Part shown: one piece after another, positions 32,070-42,546 of the stretch
Layout: each line of letters opens with the position of its first letter
Position numbering within the stretch: position 1 is the first letter of the stretch
Made by a program: the position numbers and the translations under genes
Notes under the pieces: generated by a model
What the model was told of the DNA's origin: nothing
Database searches by the model: none
What the model saw: only the letters and a program-made list of their open reading frames with translations
Assembly (NCBI GenBank): GCA_963789265.1
Contig: CAWBKB010000001.1
Coordinates: forward strand, 1,440,001 to 1,504,000
Direction of reading: 5' to 3'
DNA length: 64,000 nucleotides
Source of the DNA: an uncultured delta proteobacterium
Lineage (GTDB): Bacteria; Desulfobacterota; Desulfomonilia; Desulfomonilales; Desulfomonilaceae

Positions 32070-32846
32070 ATGTGGGAAGCCATTGTGGCACAAGTGCTAA
32101 AAACATTGGGCAACTACGCTTGGCGTTTAGTTGGAGCCCTAATCATCATCCTCGTAGGCTTCTGGCTAGCAAAATTGATCAGGAAGACTCTAATGCGGGC
32201 ACTCACAACTCGAAAACTTGACCCTACGGTTATCTATTTTTCGGACAGCAGCCTTCAGGTTCTCCTGTATGGTGTGATTCTCATTGCAGCGCTCCACAGA
32301 TTGGGAGTTGAAACTACCTCCCTAGTGGCGATGCTTGGAGCTGCCGGTCTTGCCATTGGGTTTGCTCTGAGACAACAAATGTCAAACGTTGCATCAGGTC
32401 TGCTTATCATCATTTTCCGACCATTCAGGGTGGGAGATTACATTGACGGTGGGGGCTCCGCGGGCACAGTCGAGAAGATCGAATTGATGTCCACCGAGGT
32501 TCTCACACCAGAAAACGTTACCGTAATCATACCCAATTCGAAGCTGACAGCGGACAAGGTCATCAACTACTCCCGTCGGGATACCCGCCGACTGAGAATA
32601 GTAATCGGAGTGACCTATAAGGCTGATCTCAAGGCCATCAGAGATGCTCTGCAAAAAATCGTTGAGGGAGAGGATCTGATCCTGAAGGACCCGCCGCCAA
32701 CCATCACTATAAAGGAGCTTGGGGACAAGGGGATAAAGATTGAAATCAGAATGTGGGTAAAATCTGAGGATTATTTGAAAGCCAAGGTCCAATTGAACGA
32801 GAAGATTAAAGAACGATATGATTCTGAAGAAATCCCATTCCCTTAA
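32070..32846 (+). CDS. mscS: Small-conductance mechanosensitive channel
   Basis: Three TM segments, GAAGLAIGFAL, RPFRVGD, IPNS. Confidence 0.92.
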   Translation: MWEAIVAQVLKTLGNYAWRLVGALIIILVGFWLAKLIRKTLMRALTTRKLDPTVIYFSDSSLQVLLYGVILIAALHRLGVETTSLVAMLGAAGLAIGFALRQQMSNVASGLLIIIFRPFRVGDYIDGGGSAGTVEKIELMSTEVLTPENVTVIIPNSKLTADKVINYSRRDTRRLRIVIGVTYKADLKAIRDALQKIVEGEDLILKDPPPTITIKELGDKGIKIEIRMWVKSEDYLKAKVQLNEKIKERYDSEEIPFP

Positions 32847-33380
32847 TCTGCGGTTAAGGCCAGGGACTATGCGCATGAATGTCTTGTCCAGCTTCTTCCT
32901 GTTGTCCTGAACAGCCACCAGATTATGTGCCACTTGTTAAGGTAGAGGTATAGTGCCTTGATCTCCTGGTAGAGGGAAAGGATTTCCGGGTGTAGTGCCG
33001 GCGATCCAGGTTGTAAATATGGCCTCAGGAGTGGGTGGGCGATACCTTGATACGGCCATACTCTTTCCTCCACTTATAAGTACTGCCAAGCCGTGTTCGA
33101 GTAAGGATGGCGAGGACATGTTGGCTTATGGAAGCGCCATTTAGGTGCTCCTTTCTCGATGTATTCTGTTTGTGCCTAAGATATAGAGCGCCCCCGCTTG
33201 GGCACGCCTATCACCCTACGCCAAGCATGCACCGAATTAGCAGCTCCAGGATAACGTAGAGCCACCGCATCGCCTCCAGCGTGACCACGATGCAGTCCAT
33301 GAAAATTCCCATTTGTCTTACTCCTCTTCATTGCGGCGGCAGGGTTCACCCCACGACCCCTTGCGGGGCCGCTCGGGTGT

Positions 33381-33479
33381 TCACTTACGCGCCTTTTTTG
33401 ATTTCTTCGTTGTTTCTATAAATATCTCTGCCGCAGCCACCAGCAACGCGAACAAGAAGTTGACCACTGCTCGCTTCAT
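33381..33479 (-). CDS. 32-aa hydrophobic peptide with basic tail
   Basis: AAGGAGG RBS; MKRAVVNFLFALLVAAAEIFIETTKKSKKARK; paralogue at 34492-34617. Confidence 0.6.
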   Translation of the reverse strand: MKRAVVNFLFALLVAAAEIFIETTKKSKKARK

Positions 33480-33871
33480 TGTCGGCTCCTCCTTTCCGCA
33501 CATGCGTCTTCTATTCCCTTCATGATTGCCCCACTAACCCCTCAATTTTAAGAAGGGGAAAGAACAGAAGAAGAAAGCGGAAAGGACGATCAATTCTATT
33601 CCTCGGCCTGGTTGATGATATGAGCGCTTCATGGCAAAGCTCAAGCTTATGAGGCATTTCTTTTGATCCGGCCATTCCCCTCAATAGAGACCCACTTACC
33701 GTGAAATGTAGAACACCGGATTATTACCGTGAGGAGGTTCACCGTTCTCCTGGCACACACAACGGCCCTATGTGCCAATAATGCTTGATTTATGGGTGGC
33801 AGCACCTTATTGTATCGCTCGTTTCAAGAAACTAGTGACGAGGTAATGGCGAGGCAAGAGAAATGAAAATG

Positions 33872-34347
33872 ATGGACATAAGAGAGAAAATCCTGAAGGA
33901 ACTGGACAATAAACCCGGCGACACGTTTCCGTATCGGCAATTGCTCGTGCCATAGGCTCGAACAACAAAGGAACGAATGCAGCTTTGGGCAAGCTTTTTA
34001 AAGCAGGTCTTATTGCGCGGCTGCAGAAAGGAGTCTATTCGAGCAAGGCCCGCTCTCCAAAACCAACAGCAGTCCCCGAACCTCTAAGACCGAGAAAAAC
34101 AGCAACAACGGCAAAGGCTGCTAAACCCGTCCCCGAGCCTGCCGAACTTACCCCGGCGCCGACCTCCCCGCTCTCTATAATTACACTCGATCTCCTCGTC
34201 GAAGGAGAACAATCCAAAATAGATGCGAGCGGATTTCTGGGGAAGGTCCTTGAAAATAGGTCTGTCCTCGATGCACGGGTGAGTCAAATAACGGCCGCAG
34301 ATCAAACGAAGCTCAAGATACGGTTTTCATTTCCAGACGATGAATAG
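33872..34347 (+). pseudogene. Winged-helix-like hypothetical protein, frameshift at ~33925
   Basis: MDIREKILKELDNKPGDT joins VSVSAIARAIG...LGKLFKAGLIARLQKGVY with a one-base correction. Confidence 0.5.
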
Positions 34348-34467
34348 CACAGATATTCGACGTATTCCGGAGTGCCCTTGATTCAATCGAATCCCTGTCT
34401 AGGATCTCGACGGCGGCCCGAGTGATGCTCTGCGGTATTCGTGTACACACCTCCTCTCTTTGATCAG

Positions 34468-34536
34468 GGATATCCCTCAAGGATTTTCCCACTAGACCCT
34501 CAAATATAGAGAAGAGGGGAAGATGCAGGCGGGAGC
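34468..34536 (+). repeat. ~70-bp direct repeat, copy 1
   Basis: Near-identical to 35946-36015. Confidence 0.85.
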
Positions 34537-34617
34537 GGCCACGCACCGAGACATTCTTCTGAAAATCGCCGCAGCTACCAGCAACGCGAAAAAGGAGTTG
34601 ACCATTGCCCGCTTCAT
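34492..34617 (-). CDS. Second hydrophobic small peptide (paralogue, divergent C-terminus)
   Basis: Same leader and RBS; MKRAMVNSFFALLVAAAIFRR... Confidence 0.45.
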   Translation of the reverse strand: MKRAMVNSFFALLVAAAIFRRMSRCVAAPACIFPSSLYLRV

Positions 34618-34928
34618 TGTCGGCTCCTCCTTTCCGCACACACGTTTTCTATTCCCCTCCACCCCCCTCAAAATATAAGAAGGGGAAACAGGATAAGATA
34701 AGAAGTCAAAGAGAGACGAGACATGCTTACCGGCCTGAGTTTTGTACCGTGTACGCGAAAAAGACCTCTTCCTGCGGGTTTCTTTTGGTCGGATTAGTCC
34801 TTCAAAGAGTTTTCCTTTGACTCTGGTGTATAACAATAACCTTGGATCTTTTCGAACGGCTTCTTTGCCGGACAGATAGGCTCGAAACAATATGGCTTGG
34901 GGATCAGGTGAAGGAGGTGGAGGAAGAG

Positions 34929-35822
34929 ATGGGCTTGCAGATTTTTATAGGATCATGGCTCTCTCGCGGCCTCGAATGGTTGGAGCATGGATCGAAAGTC
35001 TTCTTGATTGTCGCGGCAATCCTTCTGGACGTTCTGATTGGGCTGCTGGACCATCTCACTGGGTACGAGATTTCCTTCTCCATATTTTACCTGATTCCCG
35101 TTTTCCTGGTTAGCGTGTCCAAGGGCAAAAGTGAAGGAATTTTAATTTGCTTAATCTGTGCAATTACGTGGCTGGCCACTGACCTGATAGGTGGCCATAA
35201 TTACTCTCAGATCTGGATACCGTATTGGAACGCACTAATGCACTTCAGTTTCTTTCTCGTGGTGAATTTGTTGCTTGTTTCAATCAAATCTTCAATGGAA
35301 TCCCTAAGTGACATGTCCAGGACGGATCCCATGACGGGCGCATTGAATATGAGAGGATTCGTCGAGAGAGCACATACGGAGACCGTAAGGGCTTTGAGAT
35401 ACGGACATGCAATCACCGTAGCGTATTTCGACGTGGACGATTTCAAAAAAATCAACGACAAATATGGCCACAGTATTGGTGATGAAGTTTTGACCCGAAT
35501 TGCGGAACGGACTTCACAGGGGATTCGGAGGACCGACATCTTGGGTCGTCTGGGCGGCGATGAATTCGCCATTCTTTTTCCCCAGACCGAGTTTGAATCG
35601 GCCGAAGTAGTCTTGAAACGCATCAATGAGCTCCTATCGCAGGAGATGCGACTTCAGGGCTGCTCAGTCACTCTTAGCGGCGGAGCCGTAACCTTCAAAT
35701 TTCCGCCTGCCTCCGTAGATGAAATGATAAGAAAGGCAGATAATCTCATGTACGAGGCCAAGAGACGAGGCAAGAACAATTGGGCTTTTGCGACCATACC
35801 AGACGGAGACCGAAGAATTTGA
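34929..35822 (+). CDS. Membrane-bound diguanylate cyclase
   Basis: N-terminal TM helices; DVDDFKKINDKYGH, RRTD (I-site) and RLGGDEF. Confidence 0.93.
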   Translation: MGLQIFIGSWLSRGLEWLEHGSKVFLIVAAILLDVLIGLLDHLTGYEISFSIFYLIPVFLVSVSKGKSEGILICLICAITWLATDLIGGHNYSQIWIPYWNALMHFSFFLVVNLLLVSIKSSMESLSDMSRTDPMTGALNMRGFVERAHTETVRALRYGHAITVAYFDVDDFKKINDKYGHSIGDEVLTRIAERTSQGIRRTDILGRLGGDEFAILFPQTEFESAEVVLKRINELLSQEMRLQGCSVTLSGGAVTFKFPPASVDEMIRKADNLMYEAKRRGKNNWAFATIPDGDRRI

Positions 35823-35945
35823 CTTGGGCTCAGCTTCTGTGTCAAACGTGCAGTGATGTCATTCATTCGATGGCTTTTGCCGCGTATTCTCCCTGATCCA
35901 TCATGGCAAACCCTCCTTTCCTGGATGTAGGGCACTTTTTTTCGC

Positions 35946-36015
35946 GGATATCCCCTCAGGGATTTTCCCTCTAGCCCCTCAAATATAGAGAAGAGGGGAA
36001 GATGCACGCGGGAGC
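35946..36015 (+). repeat. ~70-bp direct repeat, copy 2
   Basis: Near-identical to 34468-34536. Confidence 0.85.
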
Positions 36016-36140
36016 CCGCGAAGGTGTTATTTGGAGGACTTGTTAAGAGGGACAAGTCAGACAGTGCGGGACAGCAACCAGAAAAATGGACATCGGAACG
36101 TGCCGGGCTGGGGCATCATTCGGCGCACCTGCTCTCCTAT

Positions 36141-36308
36141 CTTTTTATCGGTAGGATGCAGACAAATGCGCTTTTCACCTTAGCGGTCGCCACGGTGGCG
36201 GGTCAGTGAAGTAACATGGCTACAGCAACAAGTCCAATCTTAAGCTTTTGCGAGAGGCGATTTTGATTCTTCCAGGTTCCGTCGAGGTGGGATCGGGAGG
36301 ATATTCGG
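36141..36308. repeat. Diverged non-coding repeat, copy 1
   Basis: Collinear with 41638-41803 (shared GACAAAT..CTTTTC..CTTAGCGGT...CACGG.GGCGGGTCAG). Confidence 0.7.
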
Positions 36309-36536
36309 TGGCGTCGGGGGAGGAAATGGGAAGGGACGGAGTGAAAATGCGGGAAAGTAGCTAGAGAAGACAATGTCAGCGTCTCAGGAAGGCCGCTGTA
36401 GCTGTTTTGTGAATTCTCTCTTTCGACCACCCGGAGGATGACATTACAAGTTCGGCCAAGATAAAAACGGTTCTGCCTGCCCTCCAAAGCTTATACTTTA
36501 TCCCTGCCGGTATCGCGACCGCTCTTTCTATACTCC

Positions 36537-37003
36537 TCACATCTTAGTCTTAATTCTTTCCCGATGACCTGCTGTTTCCGCTGCCAATTTGTCGAGCGCC
36601 TCAAGATACTCCGGCTTCTCCGTCCTTATAGCTCCCAGATATTTTTGCTCAATTACGGTGCGCTCGATTTCGTAAGCGGCCGCTAGCGCCTCATGCATTG
36701 TCAACCTGCCTGCCATGAATTTCTCAGATTGTGAGTGCACGTGGGAAACAAAAGCCCTGAGAGTGCAAGCGGAAATCGTTCCCCGGACCTAAACTTGTGG
36801 GGCTCTCGAATTATATTTTCATGCAGTTTTACCAGCACATCAGCGTGCAAGAATTCGTCGTGTGCAAGACCCAACCAGAATTCCGAGTCATGGGTAAAAA
36901 TCTCTGAGCAACTCCCATAAAACTCTCCAACCGTCTTCTCCACCTGTACCAGAGCATCTGCTGTCCGGATCACTTCTTCCATACGTCGCTCCGCCATGAG
37001 CAA
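36537..37003 (-). pseudogene. Ferritin/rubrerythrin-like protein, frameshift at ~36760
   Basis: E...FY...F...FW..LA.DE..HA and ET..H motifs split over two frames. Confidence 0.55.
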
Positions 37004-37485
37004 CCCTCTTTTTCTTTCACCGCAAGCGGTAATGAATCGGAGGATTGGATCTATTAGAGACCTTCTGTATCATCTGCCGCTGCCACATGCAACGGCAGGC
37101 GGACTTTTGAGGCAAACATTCATTTAGAAGCTGATTCTTGTTCTAGCAAGGAGCGAAACGACGAAGCAATCACGTTATTATACGCTCTCAATTCGTGAGG
37201 TTGTTTTCAACCTGGTCCATCATTAGCTCCTCGTTTCTTTCTCTACCAGACCGTAAACCTGCGGCCTGCATTTGCAGACGCTGCTTCCCGCGGCCGTTTA
37301 CTGTCCTGCGACGGGTCAGCAAAGACAACAGCGGGCAGTCAATCGGCTATGGCTTCATTCTCTTCAGTACATCAATATTCTCCTCAGGATCAAGCCGCCT
37401 AGTATAATGGGTATACGATTGATGAGAACCCCAAGCTATACGGAGGTGTCTTAACAACATAATTGTTAACCTGGGGGAATCTAAT

Positions 37486-37806
37486 ATGACCGCGAACAAG
37501 AACACGCCTGGTAATAAAATGGCTGAAGCAAACAGGGATGCCCACGAGCGAGGGAGGCCAAAAAAGGAGCCTAATGGTATGGAAAGAGTGAGTGAAGAGT
37601 TGCTCCTCAGTAATAGGGAGGTCTTTTCGGTGGGTTTTCCCAGTGATCAGTCTCTGAACGAGATTACCAGGGAACTAAAACGATTTTTCATCGAGGCAGC
37701 ATTGCGGCGATCTGGAGGCAGTAGGCAAGGCGCTGCTCGTTTGCTAAAGATTTCCCGTTATTCTCTGAAGCATTACATGAAGGCACTTAGTTACGACGGG
37801 GAATAA
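37486..37806 (+). CDS. Fis-type HTH protein or bEBP C-terminal remnant
   Basis: IEAALRRSGG..QGAARLLKISRYSL. Confidence 0.6.
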   Translation: MTANKNTPGNKMAEANRDAHERGRPKKEPNGMERVSEELLLSNREVFSVGFPSDQSLNEITRELKRFFIEAALRRSGGSRQGAARLLKISRYSLKHYMKALSYDGE

Positions 37807-37922
37807 CCGCGGAGAGTGGTTTAAGCCTTTCGGGCGATGATTATAGAGCCCCATAGGGTCCGGATAGTCAAGAGTTGCGGCGATGATCGCCGAAAAACCA
37901 ATTACTAAGAGGAGGGAACCTC

Positions 37923-38117
37923 ATGAACCCCGAACAAATGGCTCACTGGGCGTGGTCCCATGCGTGTGAGAAATGCCAGACTGAAGGCGATTGCGAGATT
38001 GAAGAGTGCCTGAACGCCCAGGAAGTCTCAGATTTTCTGAAGCGTGTTGTTCGATTCGAGGGCAAAGACAACTCCGGAAAAGCCGTGAGAGGCTGGTTCG
38101 TGCCGGACCGGGTATAG
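37923..38117 (+). CDS. Small Cys-containing hypothetical protein
   Basis: GAGGAGG RBS; CxxC..C...C. Confidence 0.5.
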   Translation: MNPEQMAHWAWSHACEKCQTEGDCEIEECLNAQEVSDFLKRVVRFEGKDNSGKAVRGWFVPDRV

Positions 38118-38374
38118 ACGCCGTGCCGACGACAACTTTGGATTCTTAGCTGTTTTGTGTGGGCGCCTCTTAGCACGAGGACTCTATGCCTTTCATGCCG
38201 CTAGGCGATTCACCTTTTGATTTACTCGAACCACGAGTTCTATCCCCTGTTTTTTTATAGCTTGCATAATTGCTTGAATCCAAAGAGGATCAGCGGCATC
38301 TCAATATACAAACGTGAAAAAACGGAGGCCCAAAACGTCGCGAATTAACCATCAAAGGATCAGGAGACCGAACC

Positions 38375-38677
38375 ATGGATCTGCAGACTTATTGTGACAG
38401 CATGTCGAGCGAACTGACCGCGTGGAAAGCCAAGGTCTATGACGTGGACAGGAAATTGGACAAAACTCCCTCGGGAGACAAAACAAAGGTAGTTCCGCAC
38501 GTCAACGAATTGCACATGATCATCGAGGAGCTTGGCGGCAGAATCACAAAACTGAGGACCGAGTGCCCAACAGTATGGGAACCTGAGAAAAAGGAGTTGG
38601 AACTCAAGGTTACTCACTTGAAGAAAGAGTGGGAAGAAGTTTGGCACAACGTATCCCCCGGCGATTTTGGCGGATGA
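38375..38677 (+). CDS. Hypothetical coiled-coil protein
   Basis: AGGAG RBS; helical composition; first of a four-gene run. Confidence 0.7.
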   Translation: MDLQTYCDSMSSELTAWKAKVYDVDRKLDKTPSGDKTKVVPHVNELHMIIEELGGRITKLRTECPTVWEPEKKELELKVTHLKKEWEEVWHNVSPGDFGG

Positions 38678-38705
38678 AACTAAGGCAAACATCATGGGAG
38701 TGACT

Positions 38706-38948
38706 ATGGAACGCTTTGAATACGAAATCAGCACGCATAGGGGAAATGCGCTTACCAAATTGGCATATTTTTGCTCGCAGGAGGGAGAGTGTTCGGTGGA
38801 GGAAGTGCGCGACGAGCAATCAGAAATTCTCGTGGATGTTATGAATGAACGCGGCTTACAAGGATGGGAGCTTATTCAGCTTGATTTCGGTAAGGAGGGG
38901 GTAATGGCCTTCTGGAAGCGCAGACTCGCTTCTAAGGTGATTCCGTAG
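38706..38948 (+). CDS. Hypothetical protein (DUF4177-like)
   Basis: FEYE...MNERGLQGWELI...FWKR pattern. Confidence 0.6.
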   Translation: MERFEYEISTHRGNALTKLAYFCSQEGECSVEEVRDEQSEILVDVMNERGLQGWELIQLDFGKEGVMAFWKRRLASKVIP

Positions 38949-39032
38949 TGACGCCATGGCCCTTTTGTCTGGTGATCGGTCTCACGCAGCACGTGCTGAC
39001 TGAAGACGCAAACTCAGAAAGGAGACGGAAGA

Positions 39033-39494
39033 ATGATTCGATGGAGACTTGGCACAGATCCGACCTGGCAGGAACTTGAGCAGCTTCAAAGGAGCATGGA
39101 CGACCTATTCAATGCGGTGACCAGCACGCGCAGACCGTCACTGGATCAGTCATGGCGAGGGGCGCGACTCTTTCCGCTCCTAAGAGTGAGGGATTTGGAC
39201 CAGTCGTATGTTGTTACTGCGGAAATTCCGGGAATGAAGACCGACGATCTCGAAATTAAGATCGAAGGAGACACGCTCATGCTGAAGGGAGAACGAAAGC
39301 CTCAGGGGGCCGGTGAGGAGATTAGCTATCACCGTCGCGAACGGGCAGCCAGGACTTTCCAGAGAAGCTTGACCCTTCCCGTCAAAGTGGACGCCGAGAA
39401 TGTCAGCGCAACATATAAAGACGGTATCCTTACCGTGACGTTGCAGAAGGAAAAAGCTGCGTTGCCTCGACAGATCACGGTCAAGGCGGAATAA
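39033..39494 (+). CDS. Small heat-shock protein (Hsp20)
   Basis: AEIPG, ERAARTFQRS, ATYKDGILTV. Confidence 0.92.
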   Translation: MIRWRLGTDPTWQELEQLQRSMDDLFNAVTSTRRPSLDQSWRGARLFPLLRVRDLDQSYVVTAEIPGMKTDDLEIKIEGDTLMLKGERKPQGAGEEISYHRRERAARTFQRSLTLPVKVDAENVSATYKDGILTVTLQKEKAALPRQITVKAE

Positions 39495-39528
39495 GTAATC
39501 ATTGATTGCCAGTAAGGAGGAGACGCAC

Positions 39529-39930
39529 ATGGCGGACCAAGAGCTTGAGGCTAGGCCAAAACAGCATGCAAAGCTCCCCAAAGGGGAGCTCACTCAAGAA
39601 GGTATGTATTTTGAGCCAGCCGTGGATATTTACGACACGCCTTATGAGCTGGTACTCTTGGCCGATATGCCCGGAGTCAAAACGGAGGGCGTGGAAATCG
39701 ACCTCAAAGATGACACCCTGACAATTATGGGAAAGGTTCATGATGTAAACGACCAAGGGGAACTGATACTGGCCGAGTACCCGGTAGGAAATTATTTTCG
39801 CACCTTCTGCCTCACGGAGGTCATAGACCAGAGCAAAATAACTGCAGCCATGTCTGACGGGGTGCTCAAACTCACAATGCCCAAGGTTGAGAAAGCCATT
39901 CCGCGCAAGATCCCTGTTACAACAGATTAG
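39529..39930 (+). CDS. Small heat-shock protein (Hsp20)
   Basis: PAVDIY, ADMPGV, DGVLKL; AAGGAGG RBS before ATG 39529. Confidence 0.92.
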   Translation: MADQELEARPKQHAKLPKGELTQEGMYFEPAVDIYDTPYELVLLADMPGVKTEGVEIDLKDDTLTIMGKVHDVNDQGELILAEYPVGNYFRTFCLTEVIDQSKITAAMSDGVLKLTMPKVEKAIPRKIPVTTD

Positions 39931-40149
39931 GTGTGCCTGTCATTGGTGGGGGAGCTTTTCAGGCCGAAAGCTTCCCACACTCTATATCCTTAATTTCTTC
40001 TCTAAAAAATTCCCATTTCCTCTGACTTTGAACATTTGAAGCGAATTTTAGTGATGGCAAGTCCGAGCTCAAGTGACCACTTGAGCATGAGTCCCCTCGA
40101 TCCCGCCACAGGTAGCCGTGCTGAGCCACAATCGGAGGTACTTTCGTCA

Positions 40150-40632
40150 TTACATTTTACTTGGCGAAACTTTCGACGGCCGCCATCCGCCTTCCATTTT
40201 CAGCCCGAGCACCCTCTTGAAATCAGCAGCGTGTTCCAGTGCCCGAGTCAGTTCGTCTCCCCCTCGGCCCAACGATTCTTTCCACTTTTGCTTCTCCACA
40301 GTGCCAAACACAGTGTACTGATTACCAATGATCTCAGGTGCACGTTTCTCGAACGTTGGAACAAGTTCGTCCTCCAGCTCGTCCTGGTGCGCGATGATGA
40401 GTTCGCAAGGGGAGCAGTATCGGCAGGTCTTGCCGAGCGCCAAAAACCCGCCATGTTCGATATGAATCAATAGAGCGAATTTCCTCATGTGGGTCGGTCG
40501 CTGGCAAAGTGGGCACCTACTTAGGCGGGCATTCTTGTGAGGATTCAAAATAAACGTGAACCGTGGAGGAAGCTTCCCCACAGTGCCTTTTGGCACATGA
40601 CTTCCGGATACGTCACTTTTGTTTGCGCCCAT
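40150..40632 (-). CDS. Hypothetical protein with CxxC pairs
   Basis: CPLC and CRYCSPC. Confidence 0.6.
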   Translation of the reverse strand: MGANKSDVSGSHVPKGTVGKLPPRFTFILNPHKNARLSRCPLCQRPTHMRKFALLIHIEHGGFLALGKTCRYCSPCELIIAHQDELEDELVPTFEKRAPEIIGNQYTVFGTVEKQKWKESLGRGGDELTRALEHAADFKRVLGLKMEGGWRPSKVSPSKM

Positions 40633-40869
40633 TATTCTCTATCCTGTGCCACCACTTTTTTCGTTAGATGACCTGGCCAGAATCTCCTTAAAGTGGCCAA
40701 TGTACTTGTCGGCGTCAGGCTGACGAAGGTCTGCTGCCTCCGATTGCGCTCTGGGGGTTGTGGTGAGGGTGGCACCTGCACCCCACCATCTATAAGCTTT
40801 ACCATGCAGGCCGGGGCCTGTTTCTCTTTCTCTGTACATGGCGCTTGATTTTCTTCAGCGACGGGCAAA

Positions 40870-41304
40870 CTACAGCCGGCTAGCCTCATTCGCGCTCAAT
40901 GCTACGCGAGCGTGGACCAGTTTTCGGTACTTCTCCGCGACCTTGGCTTGATCACCTTTGGAGAGCGCATTCAGAATGTCACCCTCCAGCTCAGCTACCT
41001 CCAGCCTCGAATAATAGTCAAGAGTTTCTTTGAGATGAGCCAACACGATCTTTCCTGTCAGCAAAGGATGATTGTTGGTAACGTTCGCATCGGGGAATTG
41101 CAGTCCGTGCTCCAACTCGACTTCCAGACCACGACGGAACTCATCGGCAGTTATTTGAGTCGCCTCCGCCCCGACGGCGGTCTGTATGACTTGTGCCTCT
41201 TCAACGGCGACGGCAGCCTCTGTCAGCGACGTCCAGTCCCGAATGCCGAGTTCACGGCACACCCTCTGTACTTCCTCGGTCGTAATGTATTGTGGCAGTT
41301 TCAT
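40870..41304 (-). CDS. DUF5661-like hypothetical protein
   Basis: GLEVELEHG...GKIVLAHLKE..DYY; GGAGG RBS. Confidence 0.7.
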   Translation of the reverse strand: MKLPQYITTEEVQRVCRELGIRDWTSLTEAAVAVEEAQVIQTAVGAEATQITADEFRRGLEVELEHGLQFPDANVTNNHPLLTGKIVLAHLKETLDYYSRLEVAELEGDILNALSKGDQAKVAEKYRKLVHARVALSANEASRL

Positions 41305-41637
41305 CCCATCCTCCCTGGAATCATGCGGCGGTTTTGCCATTACGGGTGTCTTCGGACTGGTGCCGGTTGCAGGCTGGTTTCTCTGGCCCCGAAAAGATCC
41401 CCGCATGTCTCACCACGATACCCGCTGGATGCAAAACCGTCGTCACGTTGCTCAAAATGGCTGTTGTTTCTTGCTGTTGAACGTAACTCACCTCACGTTC
41501 CTCGGTCAAGGACAATATTCGACGTTACTCATAACCCGAAGACGGCATGGCAGTACTGAGCCAAAGGAAAGGCTGTATCTTCTTGGGAATGCTACTTCCT
41601 AACGTGAGCCGACTTATCAGCGCTCCCGTTCTTGCAT

Positions 41638-41803
41638 GTTTTTCTTGGCATGATGCGGACAAATCCACTTTTCGTCTTAGCGGTGGTCACGGCGGCGGGT
41701 CAGCAATATGAGATGATTACAGCTTTAAGTCCCATCCTTAGCGTTGCGAGATGCGGATTTCATTCTTCTCAGTTTCTTCGAGATCGGATCGACAGGGTAT
41801 TCG
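41638..41803. repeat. Diverged non-coding repeat, copy 2
   Basis: Collinear with 36141-36308. Confidence 0.7.
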
Positions 41804-41985
41804 GGCGCAGACGGGAATGGAATGGGTGCGGGCGAACTTGATAGTGCGAGAATCCGCGGTCGGCTCGCTTCAGCTATGTGCCTAGGGGCACCTCCTTGCA
41901 GATAACGAGTACAGAGGGCAAGGGAGGAGATAGCGTCTGCGAACCCTTGCCCGACCGGCCCTCATGCTAATTCACAAACAATCTA

Positions 41986-42306
41986 TTACCAGCGGGATCC
42001 TCCGCCGCCGCGTCCGCCGCCGCCGTCTCGCCTTCCACCGCCGCCGCCCCGAGAGTCGGTCTTGGGTTTAGCCTCGTTCACTGTCAGGCTCCTGCCGCCG
42101 AGATCCTTGGAATCCAGAGCCTGGATCGCCTTGAGACCTTCTTCGCGGTCGGACATTTCGATGAATCCGAATCCCCGAGACTTGTTGGTAAACTTGTCAA
42201 CGATAACCTTGGCGGATACTACTTCCCCGTAGGTTGCGAACAGGCCCTTGAGGTCTGCCTCACTGGTATCGAAGGACAGGTTTCCCACATAGATTTTAAT
42301 ACTCAT
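41986..42306 (-). CDS. RRM RNA-binding protein with Gly-rich tail
   Basis: RNP2 IYVGNL, RNP1 RGFGFIEM. Confidence 0.95.
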   Translation of the reverse strand: MSIKIYVGNLSFDTSEADLKGLFATYGEVVSAKVIVDKFTNKSRGFGFIEMSDREEGLKAIQALDSKDLGGRSLTVNEAKPKTDSRGGGGGRRDGGGGRGGGGSRW

Positions 42307-42517
42307 TCTCTAGCTCCTTTAGAAAAGGCGCGCCACACGCTATGCGAGAGTGCATTTGCAAATACGAACACGGGCTCTTTGTGAACGGGGATCAACCGGA
42401 TGGAATTGCGGTCTGAAATCCTCTACACGGGGCCTATGTCCAGAATCCTAATCCTTGCATGACGCCCGTAGTCACTGCGAGGCCAACTGGAGAAACACAA
42501 GTTAAGGTTCAATACGG

Positions 42518-42546
42518 AGGCTAGGGGCTAAGGCTTTAGTTGTCAA
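42518..42546 (-). promoter_or_regulatory. Sigma-70 promoter for the RRM gene (long ~200-nt leader)
   Basis: TTGACA-17 bp-TAGCCT. Confidence 0.55.

Noticed and set aside
32867..33140. Gene downstream of the RBS near 33150
   Set aside because: Multiple stops and frame changes; unidentifiable remnant.
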